Below are positions 38,051-47,743 of a stretch of DNA of 64,000 nucleotides, piece after piece. The position numbers and the translations under genes are program-made. Numbering within the stretch: position 1 is the stretch's first letter; each line of letters begins with the position of its first letter. The stretch lies in the IMG/VR virus record IMGVR_UViG_3300010885_082162, positions 1 to 64,000 of that record. The stretch is one strand, 5' to 3'. The notes below the pieces were generated by a model, which worked only from the letters and a program-made list of their open reading frames with translations, had not been told where the DNA came from and did not search any database. Source of the DNA: a virus. Taxonomy: Duplodnaviria > Caudoviricetes.

Positions 38051-38872
38051 ATGCAAGAAAATACGTCATTTGACGTTCTTCCTACGGGAAAACCGCACGT
38101 TTCATTCTCTGAAGTGAAGCTTTGGAAAGAATGTTCTTATCATCACAATTTAGTTCACATCAAAAAATTAAGTCTTTTCAAGCCTTCACCGGCACTTGAT
38201 TTTGGCACTGCAGTCCATGCTTCTTGCGAACATTATCTTTTAACTCGCGAAATGAAACCTGAAATTGCTTTTGACCACATGGAAAAAGCATGGGCAACAA
38301 ATTCAACACCTGAAAATCCTGACTTTACCCAAGCTTCATTAGCAAAATCAAAAGCAGAAGCTACAGCAATTCTTTCTGAACTCCCCCCATTTCTTGATGA
38401 AACATTTCCTGAATGGGAAACAATTTCTGCTGAACATCAATTATACGAACCAATCACCAACCACCCACATGCTTTTAAGGGGTTTATTGACGGCATCATT
38501 AAAGCAAAAGGAAAACGTGGCGAAACAATCTATTGGATTATAGATTGGAAAACTGCAGCCCGCGGGTGGGATCGTCATAAACGCTCAGACCCAATGATCG
38601 CTGCACAGCTGGGTCTCTACAAAAACTATTGGTGTCAAAAAAACCCAGAGATTCCATTTAAGAATGTTCGAGCAGCATTTGTGATTTTAAAGAAAGCAGC
38701 AAAACCAGGCGAACATTGCGAGCTATTTTCAGTATCACTGGGTGAAGTTCCAATTACTAGATCTTTAAAAGTCGTAAGCAATATGTTAACTTCTGTTAAA
38801 AAAGGAATTGCTTTAAAGAATAGAGATTCTTGTATGTGGTGCGAGTTTAAAAATACAGCGCACTGCACTTAA
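38051..38872 (+). CDS. PD-(D/E)XK nuclease, RecB/AddB/Cas4-like with Fe-S staple cysteines
   Basis: SFSEVKLWKEC, FGTAVH, KGFIDG, IIDWKT, QL..Y, C-terminal CMWCEFKNTAHC. Confidence 0.88.
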   Translation: MQENTSFDVLPTGKPHVSFSEVKLWKECSYHHNLVHIKKLSLFKPSPALDFGTAVHASCEHYLLTREMKPEIAFDHMEKAWATNSTPENPDFTQASLAKSKAEATAILSELPPFLDETFPEWETISAEHQLYEPITNHPHAFKGFIDGIIKAKGKRGETIYWIIDWKTAARGWDRHKRSDPMIAAQLGLYKNYWCQKNPEIPFKNVRAAFVILKKAAKPGEHCELFSVSLGEVPITRSLKVVSNMLTSVKKGIALKNRDSCMWCEFKNTAHCT

Positions 38873-38912
38873 AAGTTGTATTTTTTATTACACTTTACTA
38901 CAAGATGGTAAT

Positions 38913-40181
38913 ATGACGCTGATGCAGAAAAAAACTATATTAATGCTTTCAGATCATCCATTATCTACTTCTGGAGTTGGTACGCAAAGTAGATGGTTAA
39001 TAAACGGATTAGTTAATACGGGAAAATATAGTTTTAAATGCTTTGGTGGTGCTGTACAGCACGACAATTATGACTCTGTTGTTGTTAACCCAGATTTTAT
39101 CATTAAGCCAACTAATGGATTTGGTGATAAGAATCTTCTAAGAAAAACACTTGCGCAGTTAAGACCTGATGCTTTAATGTTATTCACAGATCCAAGGTTC
39201 TTTATATGGGCCTGGGAGATGGCTGATGAAATTAATCAAATTTGTCCAATTGCATACTGGCATCTTTGGGATAATCCGCCATGGCCTGATTACAACAGTG
39301 TGTTATATGAGTCCACGGACTTGATTAATTGCATTAATTATCCAACTTATGAGATGGTCAAAGAACATTTTCCTCACAAAACAAATTACATACCACATGC
39401 TGTGCCAACCGAGCTCTATAATGTATTGCCAAACGATCAAGTTCAGGAATTTAAGAAGAAGCTTTTAGGGCCTGAAAGACTTGACCATTTTACAGTTTTA
39501 TATGTGTCAAGAAATGCTAGAAGAAAGATGACGAGTGATATCCTAGTCTCTTGGAAGATGTTTATGAATGACTTGCAAGAAAAGCACGGTCATCAAAAAG
39601 CTTCTATTGTAATGCATTGCGATCCTTACGACCCAGAAGGCACAAACTTACACAGCGTGGTCGATATGCTTGGAATTCGAAACAGCGTTGTCTTTTCTAA
39701 AGATAGAATTGCTTTTGAAGACATGAATATTCTCTACAATATGTGCGACACAGTCGTTAACAGGTCGTCAAATGAAGGTTTTGGTTTACCTCTTCTTGAA
39801 GCTAAAATGTGTGGTAAGCCAGTGATTTCAATAAAGACTGGTGGTCTTACTAGACAAGTTGAAGACTATAAGACAGGTGAGCAATTCGGTATTGGTATAG
39901 AGCCAGAAGTGCGGTCAATGGTAGGTAATCTTATGATACCCTACATTTACGAAGATTTTATCTCGCATGAGACACTCGCAAAGGCATTCATGGAAATGCT
40001 CTCGTGGGGCCCAGACAAGAGAAAAGAAATTGGTTTGAAGGCCATGAAACATGCTCAAAGAGATTACGTTATGGAAGATGTTGTATCTGCATGGGATAAG
40101 TCGCTAAGCAAGCTAATTGAAGATTGGAAAAATCCAGAAGCAAAACCACCAACTTGGGAAATGAAGGTGTTAGATGTTTGA
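38913..40181 (+). CDS. Glycosyltransferase family 4
   Basis: SGVG, IPHAV, SRNARRK, NEGFGLPLLEAKMCGKPVI...GG. Confidence 0.9.
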   Translation: MTLMQKKTILMLSDHPLSTSGVGTQSRWLINGLVNTGKYSFKCFGGAVQHDNYDSVVVNPDFIIKPTNGFGDKNLLRKTLAQLRPDALMLFTDPRFFIWAWEMADEINQICPIAYWHLWDNPPWPDYNSVLYESTDLINCINYPTYEMVKEHFPHKTNYIPHAVPTELYNVLPNDQVQEFKKKLLGPERLDHFTVLYVSRNARRKMTSDILVSWKMFMNDLQEKHGHQKASIVMHCDPYDPEGTNLHSVVDMLGIRNSVVFSKDRIAFEDMNILYNMCDTVVNRSSNEGFGLPLLEAKMCGKPVISIKTGGLTRQVEDYKTGEQFGIGIEPEVRSMVGNLMIPYIYEDFISHETLAKAFMEMLSWGPDKRKEIGLKAMKHAQRDYVMEDVVSAWDKSLSKLIEDWKNPEAKPPTWEMKVLDV

Positions 40182-41373
40182 TAATAACTTTTTTGTCAAT
40201 ATGAACAGTAGAAAAAAAGTCTTGCTTAGAGCACCCGTATTGACCCAGTCTGGTTATGGTGTTCATTCTCGACAAATTGCTCGTTGGCTTCTTTCAAAGT
40301 CTCACCTTGATGTTTCCGTTCAAGCTCTGCCTTGGGGTTCAACACCTTGGTTGATTAATAAAGATTTGTCCGGAGGCTTAATAGGCAAGATCATGGAAAA
40401 GACAGTTGACCCAACAGGTCAAAAATACGATGCTACTATTCAGGTTCAATTACCAAATGAGTGGGATGTAAGCATGTCTGATACTAACATCGGCATCTCT
40501 GCAATTGTTGAGACAGATATCTGTAATCCTGCGTGGGTGGCCGCATGTAATAGAATGTCTAAAGTAATTGTACCTTCTACGTTCTGTCAAAGTGTTTTAA
40601 GAAACTCTGGGCAATTAACGTCTGAAGTAAAAGTCATACCCGAATCATTCCCAGACGAGATATTAGAGCTTAAAGCCACACGCGTCGACGATATTAAATT
40701 TCAGACCCAGTTTAACTTTCTAGTAATTGGACAGATTACAGGAAAGAACGCAGAAAATGATAGAAAAAATATCTTTTATACTATTAAGTGGTTTTGCGAA
40801 ACATTTAATAAAGACAACGACGTAGGCCTAGTGATTAAAACAAACATGGGTCGAAACACCAAGATAGACAGGCAGGTAGTTGAGAATACTATTAAAGCTG
40901 TCTTGACGGAAATTAAGAAGAAAAAAGAACCAAAAATCTATCTTCTACACGGCGAAATGTCAGATTCTGAGATGGCATCTCTTTATCGACATCCACAGAT
41001 AAAAGCTCTAATAACTTTATCAAGAGGTGAAGGTTATGGTTTACCTATTCTAGAGGCAGCAGCTAGTGGCCTACCTGTCATTGCCACAAACTGGTCTGGT
41101 CATCTTGACTTTATGTCAAAAGGTAAGTTTATTGAAATCGATTTTAATCTTGGCAACGTGCATCCAACAAGAATAGATAATGAAATTTTTATTGAAAAAG
41201 CAAGATGGGCTAATCCAATTGAAGAAGATTTTAAGAAGAAAATATTAAAATTCAAATCAGCCAGCTCGTTACCCAAAGAGTGGGCAGCAAATCTCGCTGT
41301 TAAGATTAAGCAAGATTATAATTTTTCTGCCATTTCAAAGATTTATGATGAAGAGCTGAGTGTTATTTTATGA
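40174..41373 (+). CDS. Glycosyltransferase family 4
   Basis: SGYG, VIVPS, RKNI, GEGYGLPILEAAASGLPVIATNWSG. Confidence 0.9.
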   Translation: MFDNNFFVNMNSRKKVLLRAPVLTQSGYGVHSRQIARWLLSKSHLDVSVQALPWGSTPWLINKDLSGGLIGKIMEKTVDPTGQKYDATIQVQLPNEWDVSMSDTNIGISAIVETDICNPAWVAACNRMSKVIVPSTFCQSVLRNSGQLTSEVKVIPESFPDEILELKATRVDDIKFQTQFNFLVIGQITGKNAENDRKNIFYTIKWFCETFNKDNDVGLVIKTNMGRNTKIDRQVVENTIKAVLTEIKKKKEPKIYLLHGEMSDSEMASLYRHPQIKALITLSRGEGYGLPILEAAASGLPVIATNWSGHLDFMSKGKFIEIDFNLGNVHPTRIDNEIFIEKARWANPIEEDFKKKILKFKSASSLPKEWAANLAVKIKQDYNFSAISKIYDEELSVIL

Positions 41374-41666
41374 TTTCAGTTATCTTTGCTTGTGTATTTG
41401 CATGCTTATTTGCCGGCTCAACAGCGCTTCTAATTCGATCAACAAAAAATAGTCTACAAATGATTGATAAGTTGGATGAACTAGAAGAACAGCTTGAGAT
41501 ATCTTTGAAAATACTTGAAGAAAAGTATAAACGCATCGAAGAAAAATCAAAGACAGACATTTTTTTTGATGATCCTGTTGTCAAAGATTTAGTCAAAGAT
41601 ATAGCTAGCTGCAGAGATGCAATTTTTGCAATAATCAAAAATTTTGACAATAAAGAAGAAAATTAA
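41370..41666 (+). CDS. Small membrane-anchored coiled-coil protein
   Basis: Hydrophobic N-terminal 20 aa, then heptad-like LDELEEQLEISLKILEE. Confidence 0.65.
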   Translation: MISVIFACVFACLFAGSTALLIRSTKNSLQMIDKLDELEEQLEISLKILEEKYKRIEEKSKTDIFFDDPVVKDLVKDIASCRDAIFAIIKNFDNKEEN

Positions 41667-41700
41667 TGAAAACTAACTAATATATGATTGTTTTTAATAA

Positions 41701-42546
41701 ATGTCTAAAGATCGAAAAAATTTCAAAAGAAAAAAAGCATCAAATGATGATGCTGCAGCTACCAATGCAACAACAGCAACGCTAGAAGCCAAATTAGAAG
41801 ATTTAACAGCTGTAGTCAATACATTAGAAGATGCTGTTGTTCAACCAAAGATTAAAGAAAAAACCAATCTCAAGCTTTACTTTAACGAAGACACGCATAG
41901 ATCAATAGTTGAATTTCAGAATGTGCAAGATAGAAAGTTTAGAGATCTTTTATATGTCCAAAAGATCATGCCAGCCTTTGAAAAGCTGGTTGAAAATCTA
42001 ATTAACATCTATAAATTTACAAGCATGCATGACACTTATGAAGATCTTAAGGTCGATTGCGTTAACTTTCTTTTTGAGACAATTCATAAGTTTGATGAGA
42101 CAAGAGGCTCAAACGCTTTCTCTTATTTCAATGTTGTAGCTAAAAATTGGTTGATTATAAAGACTAAGCAAAAAGCTCAAAAGATGAAAAAGCTGGTCAG
42201 CTTAGATGATCCTGATGGCCTTACGTCTTACGAAACATGCCTCATAGAAGAATATAATTACCTGCCATTTAAAGATGCTGATGCTGAGTTTGTTAATAGA
42301 AAAGAAATAGTAACAATGCTCTATGAGATTAGAGCAAAGGCTAAATCAGAAAATGAATTATCTTGTATCAATTCGATAATTACAATTTTTGAGAATTTAG
42401 ACGATATTGACTTACTAAACAAGAGTGCTATACTTCTTTACATGAGAGAACTTTCTGGGCTTTCACCTAAGCAAATGACGACAACAATGCAGTCAATTAA
42501 GAGCTATTATAAAAAGATGAAGGTAGAAACTTCAAGATTTCAATAA
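41701..42546 (+). CDS. Phage RNA polymerase sigma factor (region 2, T4 gp55-like late sigma)
   Basis: FEKLVENLI...DLKVDCVNFLFETIHKFDETRGSNAFSYFNVVAKN matches region 2 (cf. gp55 FDETKYKNPHAY). No canonical region-4 motif seen. Confidence 0.75.
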   Translation: MSKDRKNFKRKKASNDDAAATNATTATLEAKLEDLTAVVNTLEDAVVQPKIKEKTNLKLYFNEDTHRSIVEFQNVQDRKFRDLLYVQKIMPAFEKLVENLINIYKFTSMHDTYEDLKVDCVNFLFETIHKFDETRGSNAFSYFNVVAKNWLIIKTKQKAQKMKKLVSLDDPDGLTSYETCLIEEYNYLPFKDADAEFVNRKEIVTMLYEIRAKAKSENELSCINSIITIFENLDDIDLLNKSAILLYMRELSGLSPKQMTTTMQSIKSYYKKMKVETSRFQ

Positions 42547-42554
42547 TTCATTTT

Positions 42555-42911
42555 ATGAAAACAGTTGACGATGCAGAGGTATTGATAGAGAAAAAAGCTA
42601 AAGACTTTTCAGATCTATTAGATCAAATAGACGGTGTCTCAGATAAAAAGAAAAAATTGTGGAGAGAAATCTACGAGAATGCAATTGCAGACCGGCAGAA
42701 TGCTTATGTCCTTTTTGTTTCTCTTGTAAAGATTGTTGAAAATGACAGTACAGAGCATGCTGTTCATGGGAAGTCTTTATCTTCATATATAGAAAAGATG
42801 AGCAAGGCAAATGATCAGCTTATAAGACTCGCTGAGCTGGTATCAAAGTCAGAAAGAGAAAATGACACAATTAATCCTGACGAGATGTTTAAGCGCATAG
42901 AGGGTCAGTGA
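42555..42911 (+). CDS. Hypothetical helical protein, possibly terminase small subunit-like
   Basis: DSTEHAV...KMSKANDQLIRL weakly resembles the T4 gp16 central helices. Unverified. Confidence 0.35.
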   Translation: MKTVDDAEVLIEKKAKDFSDLLDQIDGVSDKKKKLWREIYENAIADRQNAYVLFVSLVKIVENDSTEHAVHGKSLSSYIEKMSKANDQLIRLAELVSKSERENDTINPDEMFKRIEGQ

Positions 42912-42912
42912 A

Positions 42913-44496
42913 ATGGGTATTACACCAAGGGATTACATACAATCGACCGACATAGCAACTGATTTTGTTGAAGGAAGATTAATAAGTCCACGCTCACAGC
43001 TTAAAACTGATATAATCCAAAATCCAACATTTAAAAAGATGGTGGTGCTTGATGTAGTGTCAGATCCTGTGAGTGTTTTAGACATAAATGATAAAAAAAT
43101 TGAATATTGGCGTAACGTCCTAAGCGTCTCAAATATGAAATATGCATCGGTATTGCCCAGAAATACTGTTGTAGGTCATTTTATTTATTCTCTTGATAGT
43201 CCTATCTTTGCTTTCCCATTTTTTCCATCCCATTTTGCTTTACCATGCAAACCAGGTGAAACTGTTTGGGTTATGGTTCCTGATCCAAATGCTTCTGATA
43301 ATCCATCATTAGTTTTTTGGATGTGCAGGGTTACTGAACCTCACTTTGCTGATGATGTAAACCATACACATTCACCAAGAGTCCAAGATATTTCTTTTGC
43401 AGGCGTTGATAAATCATCTAAAAAAGATAGATCTGAAAATGGTGGAAAGACTAGCCCATACTATGAATTAAGAAACGGCAATATTTTACTCGAAGGTAAC
43501 GATAGAAGAAGAATCGATAGAAATAATCTTTACATCGAAACAGCCGAAGAAGAAGACTATTTTGAAAATTTAGTAAGATTAACAGACTCTGCAAGAGTAA
43601 TGCAGTATGAAGCTATTCCAAGATTTAAGAAGCGACCAGGAGACATTGTTCTCGAAGGCACAAATAATTCGCTAATAGTTCTCGGCACGGACAGAACATC
43701 TAGCCTCGCTAAGTATGAAGACACAAAAACAGTGTTAGGCTTCTCCCCTTCATTTAATACTAAAGATATGCAAGGTGATGCAGGAAGCATCGATCTTGTC
43801 GTAGGAAGAGGTCAAACAAAAGAAACGCTTGGTAAAGTGGTTAGTACTACTTCAATATTTGGTGCAGAGGGCAAAATAAAAGGCAAAGAGATAAAGAAAG
43901 AGCTCGGCAAAGCTGAAGATGAATTGTCAAAGCAAGAAGGTGACTTTGACTTAATCAATGATAGAAGTAGAATACAGATATCTCAAAAGACGAAGGTTGA
44001 CACTAATTACGGATTAGCTACTTACAATTCATCATTTAGCACAGGTAACACTAGACTTGGTACGCCAATTGCTGATAATGCTGATGGAGATTCTGCAATA
44101 GTTATAAAGACTGATAAGATCAGACTCATAGCACGTTCCGATGTTGAAATACTTGTGTCTTCATATGAAGAGACTGTTAATGCCAAAGAGGCAAAGATAA
44201 AGAATGAACTTGTTGATACAACAAAGTGGGCATCGATTGTTATTAAGAGCAACGGTGATATCGTGTTTAAACCTTCAGCGCTTGGCTACATAAAGCTTGG
44301 CGGAGATGATGCCAATCTTGGTGTAATCTGCTCAGACACCGCAGTTATTCCCTCAAACGGAACTGTTGAGGGACCGCCAATGATCACAACGATGGGCGGT
44401 CAGTTTGCTGGCTCTTCTGCCACAGGAATTGGTGAAAATAGGCAAGTTCTAGCCACGGGACAAGCAAAATATGCAAGCAAGGTCCTGATTAAGTAG
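42913..44496 (+). CDS. Baseplate central spike/hub protein (gp5/VgrG-like)
   Basis: OB-fold signature LPCKPGETVWV, GDIVLEG, repetitive beta-strand C-terminus. Position upstream of gp25 and gp6. Confidence 0.65.
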   Translation: MGITPRDYIQSTDIATDFVEGRLISPRSQLKTDIIQNPTFKKMVVLDVVSDPVSVLDINDKKIEYWRNVLSVSNMKYASVLPRNTVVGHFIYSLDSPIFAFPFFPSHFALPCKPGETVWVMVPDPNASDNPSLVFWMCRVTEPHFADDVNHTHSPRVQDISFAGVDKSSKKDRSENGGKTSPYYELRNGNILLEGNDRRRIDRNNLYIETAEEEDYFENLVRLTDSARVMQYEAIPRFKKRPGDIVLEGTNNSLIVLGTDRTSSLAKYEDTKTVLGFSPSFNTKDMQGDAGSIDLVVGRGQTKETLGKVVSTTSIFGAEGKIKGKEIKKELGKAEDELSKQEGDFDLINDRSRIQISQKTKVDTNYGLATYNSSFSTGNTRLGTPIADNADGDSAIVIKTDKIRLIARSDVEILVSSYEETVNAKEAKIKNELVDTTKWASIVIKSNGDIVFKPSALGYIKLGGDDANLGVICSDTAVIPSNGTVEGPPMITTMGGQFAGSSATGIGENRQVLATGQAKYASKVLIK

Positions 44497-44512
44497 TAAA
44501 ATATCTATCACT

Positions 44513-46096
44513 ATGTCAGAAAATACCTCACAAATACAACCTGGCGATGGTTGCATGGTACACGCAGGCATCCTCCAGTCTCATGGCGGTAACCCGACGA
44601 CCGCGGAGCTGACCAAGGGTTACCCAAATTCTGCAACTGAAAAGTTTATTGATGAAGTTATTAATGAACTTGTAAAACCTAACGAAGATCCGCTTCCTTG
44701 CGGTAAACCAATACCACCTCTAGCTTCAAATCTACGTGAAGTATTTAAAGATCTAAAAGATGAAAAGAAATTCCCTGACTTCCATAAAAATATTCTTGGA
44801 AACTACAGAGATCTTGCGCGAAGCTTAGAAGTCTCCTCAAATTTTAATCTATTCCCAATTTGTGATCCTATTGCGCTAGGAACTAGCTTATTTCCTGGAC
44901 TCAACCTTAAAATTGACAAGCTATCTGACTTTTTAAAATTTGCAATTCCAAATCCTGTAGCTTTAGCAGCAGAATTTGGAAAAGCAGGCGTCAAAGATCC
45001 AATAATGAAAGAAGTCGGCATCGACGTGCCGCTTACGCCTATTGGACTATTGGCAGAATTTGCAAAAAAAGCCAAAGACATAAAAAAACCACCCGTGCTG
45101 CCTCTCGCGGGCCCCGTCCCGCCAACCGATGAACAACTAATTTCTGGTGGATCAACTGTGCAAAGCCCTTGGCAAAGTGTAGAAGTTGAGAATCCTGCAG
45201 GGAAGATACAGGCATATGATTCTATAGGACCGGATCTTGCTGCACAAATTGGTGCTTTTGGCATTAATATAGTGACATTTTTACCGCAGCTAATTGCGTC
45301 TATGCCAGTGTTTGTGATTAACATGATAACGAAGGGACCCGCCGCGGCGCTCAACACAATATGCGGTCTAGTAGCTGATGATTCTGGTTTGGTCGGTGTT
45401 GGAATTAATTCGCCAAATGGTGAGCCTCAGGATATTGTCATGCGTGCTGCAAGAAAAGTTCTTGCAAGAAAAGTTACAGAGATGTGTGTTTTTCACGCAA
45501 TGGCCAACACAATAGGAACTAGCAAAAGCGGTCTAGTTGGTCTGATGGCTGGCGGCGGCGGCGAGACCAATAAACCAGAAACTGAAGTTAAATCTGGCTT
45601 GATAGCAGACTACACCCCCGCCGCGGCCGCCACAGATAATTACTTGGTTAATGAAAAACAAAAAATTTATACAGGCGGCGATCACAACCCAGGAGATTAC
45701 ATTACTTTTACAAATCCGCCGCTGGGAGCAGCATTTAATGATCCGTGGAGACATGCACTTAAGTTAGGTAAACCTCTGGGTAATACCGATCCCTCGGCAG
45801 GAGAAGTCTATGAACCGAGGGGAAGCGAAGCTAATGATGATTATGCGTCTGAATTAGATCCTATGATTGCTGGCACGTGGGGTGACCTGGAGCAAGCGTT
45901 CGGCATGGCGAATGAAGAAACGTTGCTAAAACAAGGTCAAAACAACGAAAAATTCGGCAAATATGATATAGAAACGTTGAAAGAAAAAGCTAAAAGTGAC
46001 CCAAGTAACCTCGAAGCAATTAAAGCATTAAAAAATAAGCAGTTAATAGTGGGTACAAAAGAGTATAAAGAAAAAGAAAAAAACGGGGGAGGTTGA
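44513..46096 (+). CDS. Hypothetical baseplate-region protein
   Basis: 527 aa, Pro/Gly/Ala-rich, with visibly higher GC than the flanks. Confidence 0.6.
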   Translation: MSENTSQIQPGDGCMVHAGILQSHGGNPTTAELTKGYPNSATEKFIDEVINELVKPNEDPLPCGKPIPPLASNLREVFKDLKDEKKFPDFHKNILGNYRDLARSLEVSSNFNLFPICDPIALGTSLFPGLNLKIDKLSDFLKFAIPNPVALAAEFGKAGVKDPIMKEVGIDVPLTPIGLLAEFAKKAKDIKKPPVLPLAGPVPPTDEQLISGGSTVQSPWQSVEVENPAGKIQAYDSIGPDLAAQIGAFGINIVTFLPQLIASMPVFVINMITKGPAAALNTICGLVADDSGLVGVGINSPNGEPQDIVMRAARKVLARKVTEMCVFHAMANTIGTSKSGLVGLMAGGGGETNKPETEVKSGLIADYTPAAAATDNYLVNEKQKIYTGGDHNPGDYITFTNPPLGAAFNDPWRHALKLGKPLGNTDPSAGEVYEPRGSEANDDYASELDPMIAGTWGDLEQAFGMANEETLLKQGQNNEKFGKYDIETLKEKAKSDPSNLEAIKALKNKQLIVGTKEYKEKEKNGGG

Positions 46097-46099
46097 ACA

Positions 46100-47182
46100 A
46101 TGCCAGATCCAACGAAAGATGACGTAGAACTTCCAGATCTTCCTAGTGAAGACGTCTACCCGCCTTGGCTTAAGCCTGCAATCCCGGCGCCACCACCTCC
46201 GCCGCCGACACCGCTACCGCAATCGGCCGAGGTCGCGGATCCATTTGCACCTCGAGGTTACGACCTTCCGGCAGACCCTGCACAGGGCAAAGAAGACGTC
46301 AAATATCTTACTCCCGCGGAACTCGGAGCCGGCGCCATTGTTGCCAAAGCACTTGAAGGCGCAGGATTATCTTTTAGTGGTCAGAGCGCAGCATACGCAG
46401 AATTTCTCTTTCCAGCAGAGTTCACGCGCAACCAACAGCAGGCACAAGCAAATGCAAAAGGTATGTCGAGCTGCGGTATATTTGCAAGAGCCTGCTACGC
46501 TGCAGCAGGAGCAACTTATCATTTTAATCCTAAAAATAATGGGTGGTTAACTAACATAAAAAAGTACGGCGGCGAGCTCACGGCCGCCGATGGAGGATCC
46601 ACAAATTCTACTGTACATATAGAAACACCGGACCCTATTAAAGCAGGCGCTGTTGGGAAGGCGCTTGGTCCTGCTGTAGTGGTAAAAAATTATTTCACGG
46701 ATGAATATCTAGTTGGATCTGCGATTTCTGCTTTTATCCAAATTGGATTAAGTCGCGCCGCGCTTAAATATGAGCCCGGGAAGTCTAAGGGGAAGATGTG
46801 TGTGCTCGCTCCGGGGGACGTGCTTATAATTGGTTCTCCTGAACATGTTATTGTTTGTATCAGTGACTTTGATCCGAATAGTGACACATATTTTGACGCA
46901 GTCGAGGGCGGGCAGTCTGATACAGGTAACCCGCCTCAGGATCCTGATCCTGAAGCGACGCCGAAGGTGGCGAAAAAAAGTTACTCACCAACTGCATTTA
47001 TGCCTAGCCGTTTTTTCTGGAATCTAAATAAAGTTGCAGATGCTTCCACCGACGGCCACGCGGCCGGCGGCCAAATTCTAAAGAAAATTTTTAGTCAAGG
47101 CACTCAAGGCGCTGCCGCCATTCAATTTAGCGCCGGCCGCCGACTGCTTTATGTAATTGAAGCAGCTAAGTTTATTGTGTAA
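46100..47182 (+). CDS. CHAP/NlpC-P60-like cysteine amidase with Pro-rich N-terminal linker (putative tail-associated lysin)
   Basis: SCGIFARACY (Cys), PGDVLII..EHVIV (His), AVEGG. N-terminal PAPPPPPPTP. Confidence 0.65.
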   Translation: MPDPTKDDVELPDLPSEDVYPPWLKPAIPAPPPPPPTPLPQSAEVADPFAPRGYDLPADPAQGKEDVKYLTPAELGAGAIVAKALEGAGLSFSGQSAAYAEFLFPAEFTRNQQQAQANAKGMSSCGIFARACYAAAGATYHFNPKNNGWLTNIKKYGGELTAADGGSTNSTVHIETPDPIKAGAVGKALGPAVVVKNYFTDEYLVGSAISAFIQIGLSRAALKYEPGKSKGKMCVLAPGDVLIIGSPEHVIVCISDFDPNSDTYFDAVEGGQSDTGNPPQDPDPEATPKVAKKSYSPTAFMPSRFFWNLNKVADASTDGHAAGGQILKKIFSQGTQGAAAIQFSAGRRLLYVIEAAKFIV

Positions 47183-47215
47183 TCGAAAGTCTAAGGAATG
47201 ATTCGATTAATTTTT
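47180..47215 (+). terminator. Possible stem-loop/terminator
   Basis: TAATCGAA (47180-47187) pairs with TTCGATTA (47202-47209), followed by ATTTTT. The 14-nt loop and weak stem make this uncertain. Confidence 0.3.
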
Positions 47216-47236
47216 CGTTATGATAATTAGGATAAT

Positions 47237-47707
47237 ATGGCAGTCTACAGTTTTAAAAATGTAGGTAAGACGAGGAAGAGTCAAGATGACGCAGCAGCCA
47301 AGGCTTCAAAAATTCCGTATGGAATAAAGACACCTTTGCAGCTCGGTAATTCAAGTGAGGGTATCTTGTCAATGAACTTTTCTTTATCAGATCAGTTTTC
47401 TGACAACTTAAAAAATTTACTTCTAACAAATTGGGGCGAAAGATTAGGGCTATATGACTTTGGTGCCAACCTAAAGCCGCTTACAGCAGAGTTTACTAGT
47501 CAAGAAGATTTTGACACAGAAGCTATAGAACGGATTAAAGTTGCAGTTGATAAATGGATGCCATTTGTGACTTTAAGCACTTTTGAGTCTTCTACTGATA
47601 GAACCGAGAACAAAAATACGGGGGTAATTAAAATTAACATATTGTATAGAATACCCTCGCTTGAAGACAATGATAGATCTCTACAAATTGTTTTATATGT
47701 AATATAA
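47237..47707 (+). CDS. Baseplate wedge subunit, GPW/gp25 family
   Basis: DNLKNLLLTNWGERL..DFGANL, I..AVDKWMPFV, INILYRI. Confidence 0.9.
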   Translation: MAVYSFKNVGKTRKSQDDAAAKASKIPYGIKTPLQLGNSSEGILSMNFSLSDQFSDNLKNLLLTNWGERLGLYDFGANLKPLTAEFTSQEDFDTEAIERIKVAVDKWMPFVTLSTFESSTDRTENKNTGVIKINILYRIPSLEDNDRSLQIVLYVI

Positions 47708-47743
47708 AGTTAGATCTAATTATGCTGAGAAATTTAGGTAAAA

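Noticed and set aside
7406-38872. DinG helicase plus Cas4-like nuclease as a type IV CRISPR system
   Set aside because: They are 29 kb apart, with no Csf/Cas5/6/7 genes and no repeat-spacer array seen. Both families are common stand-alone phage genes.
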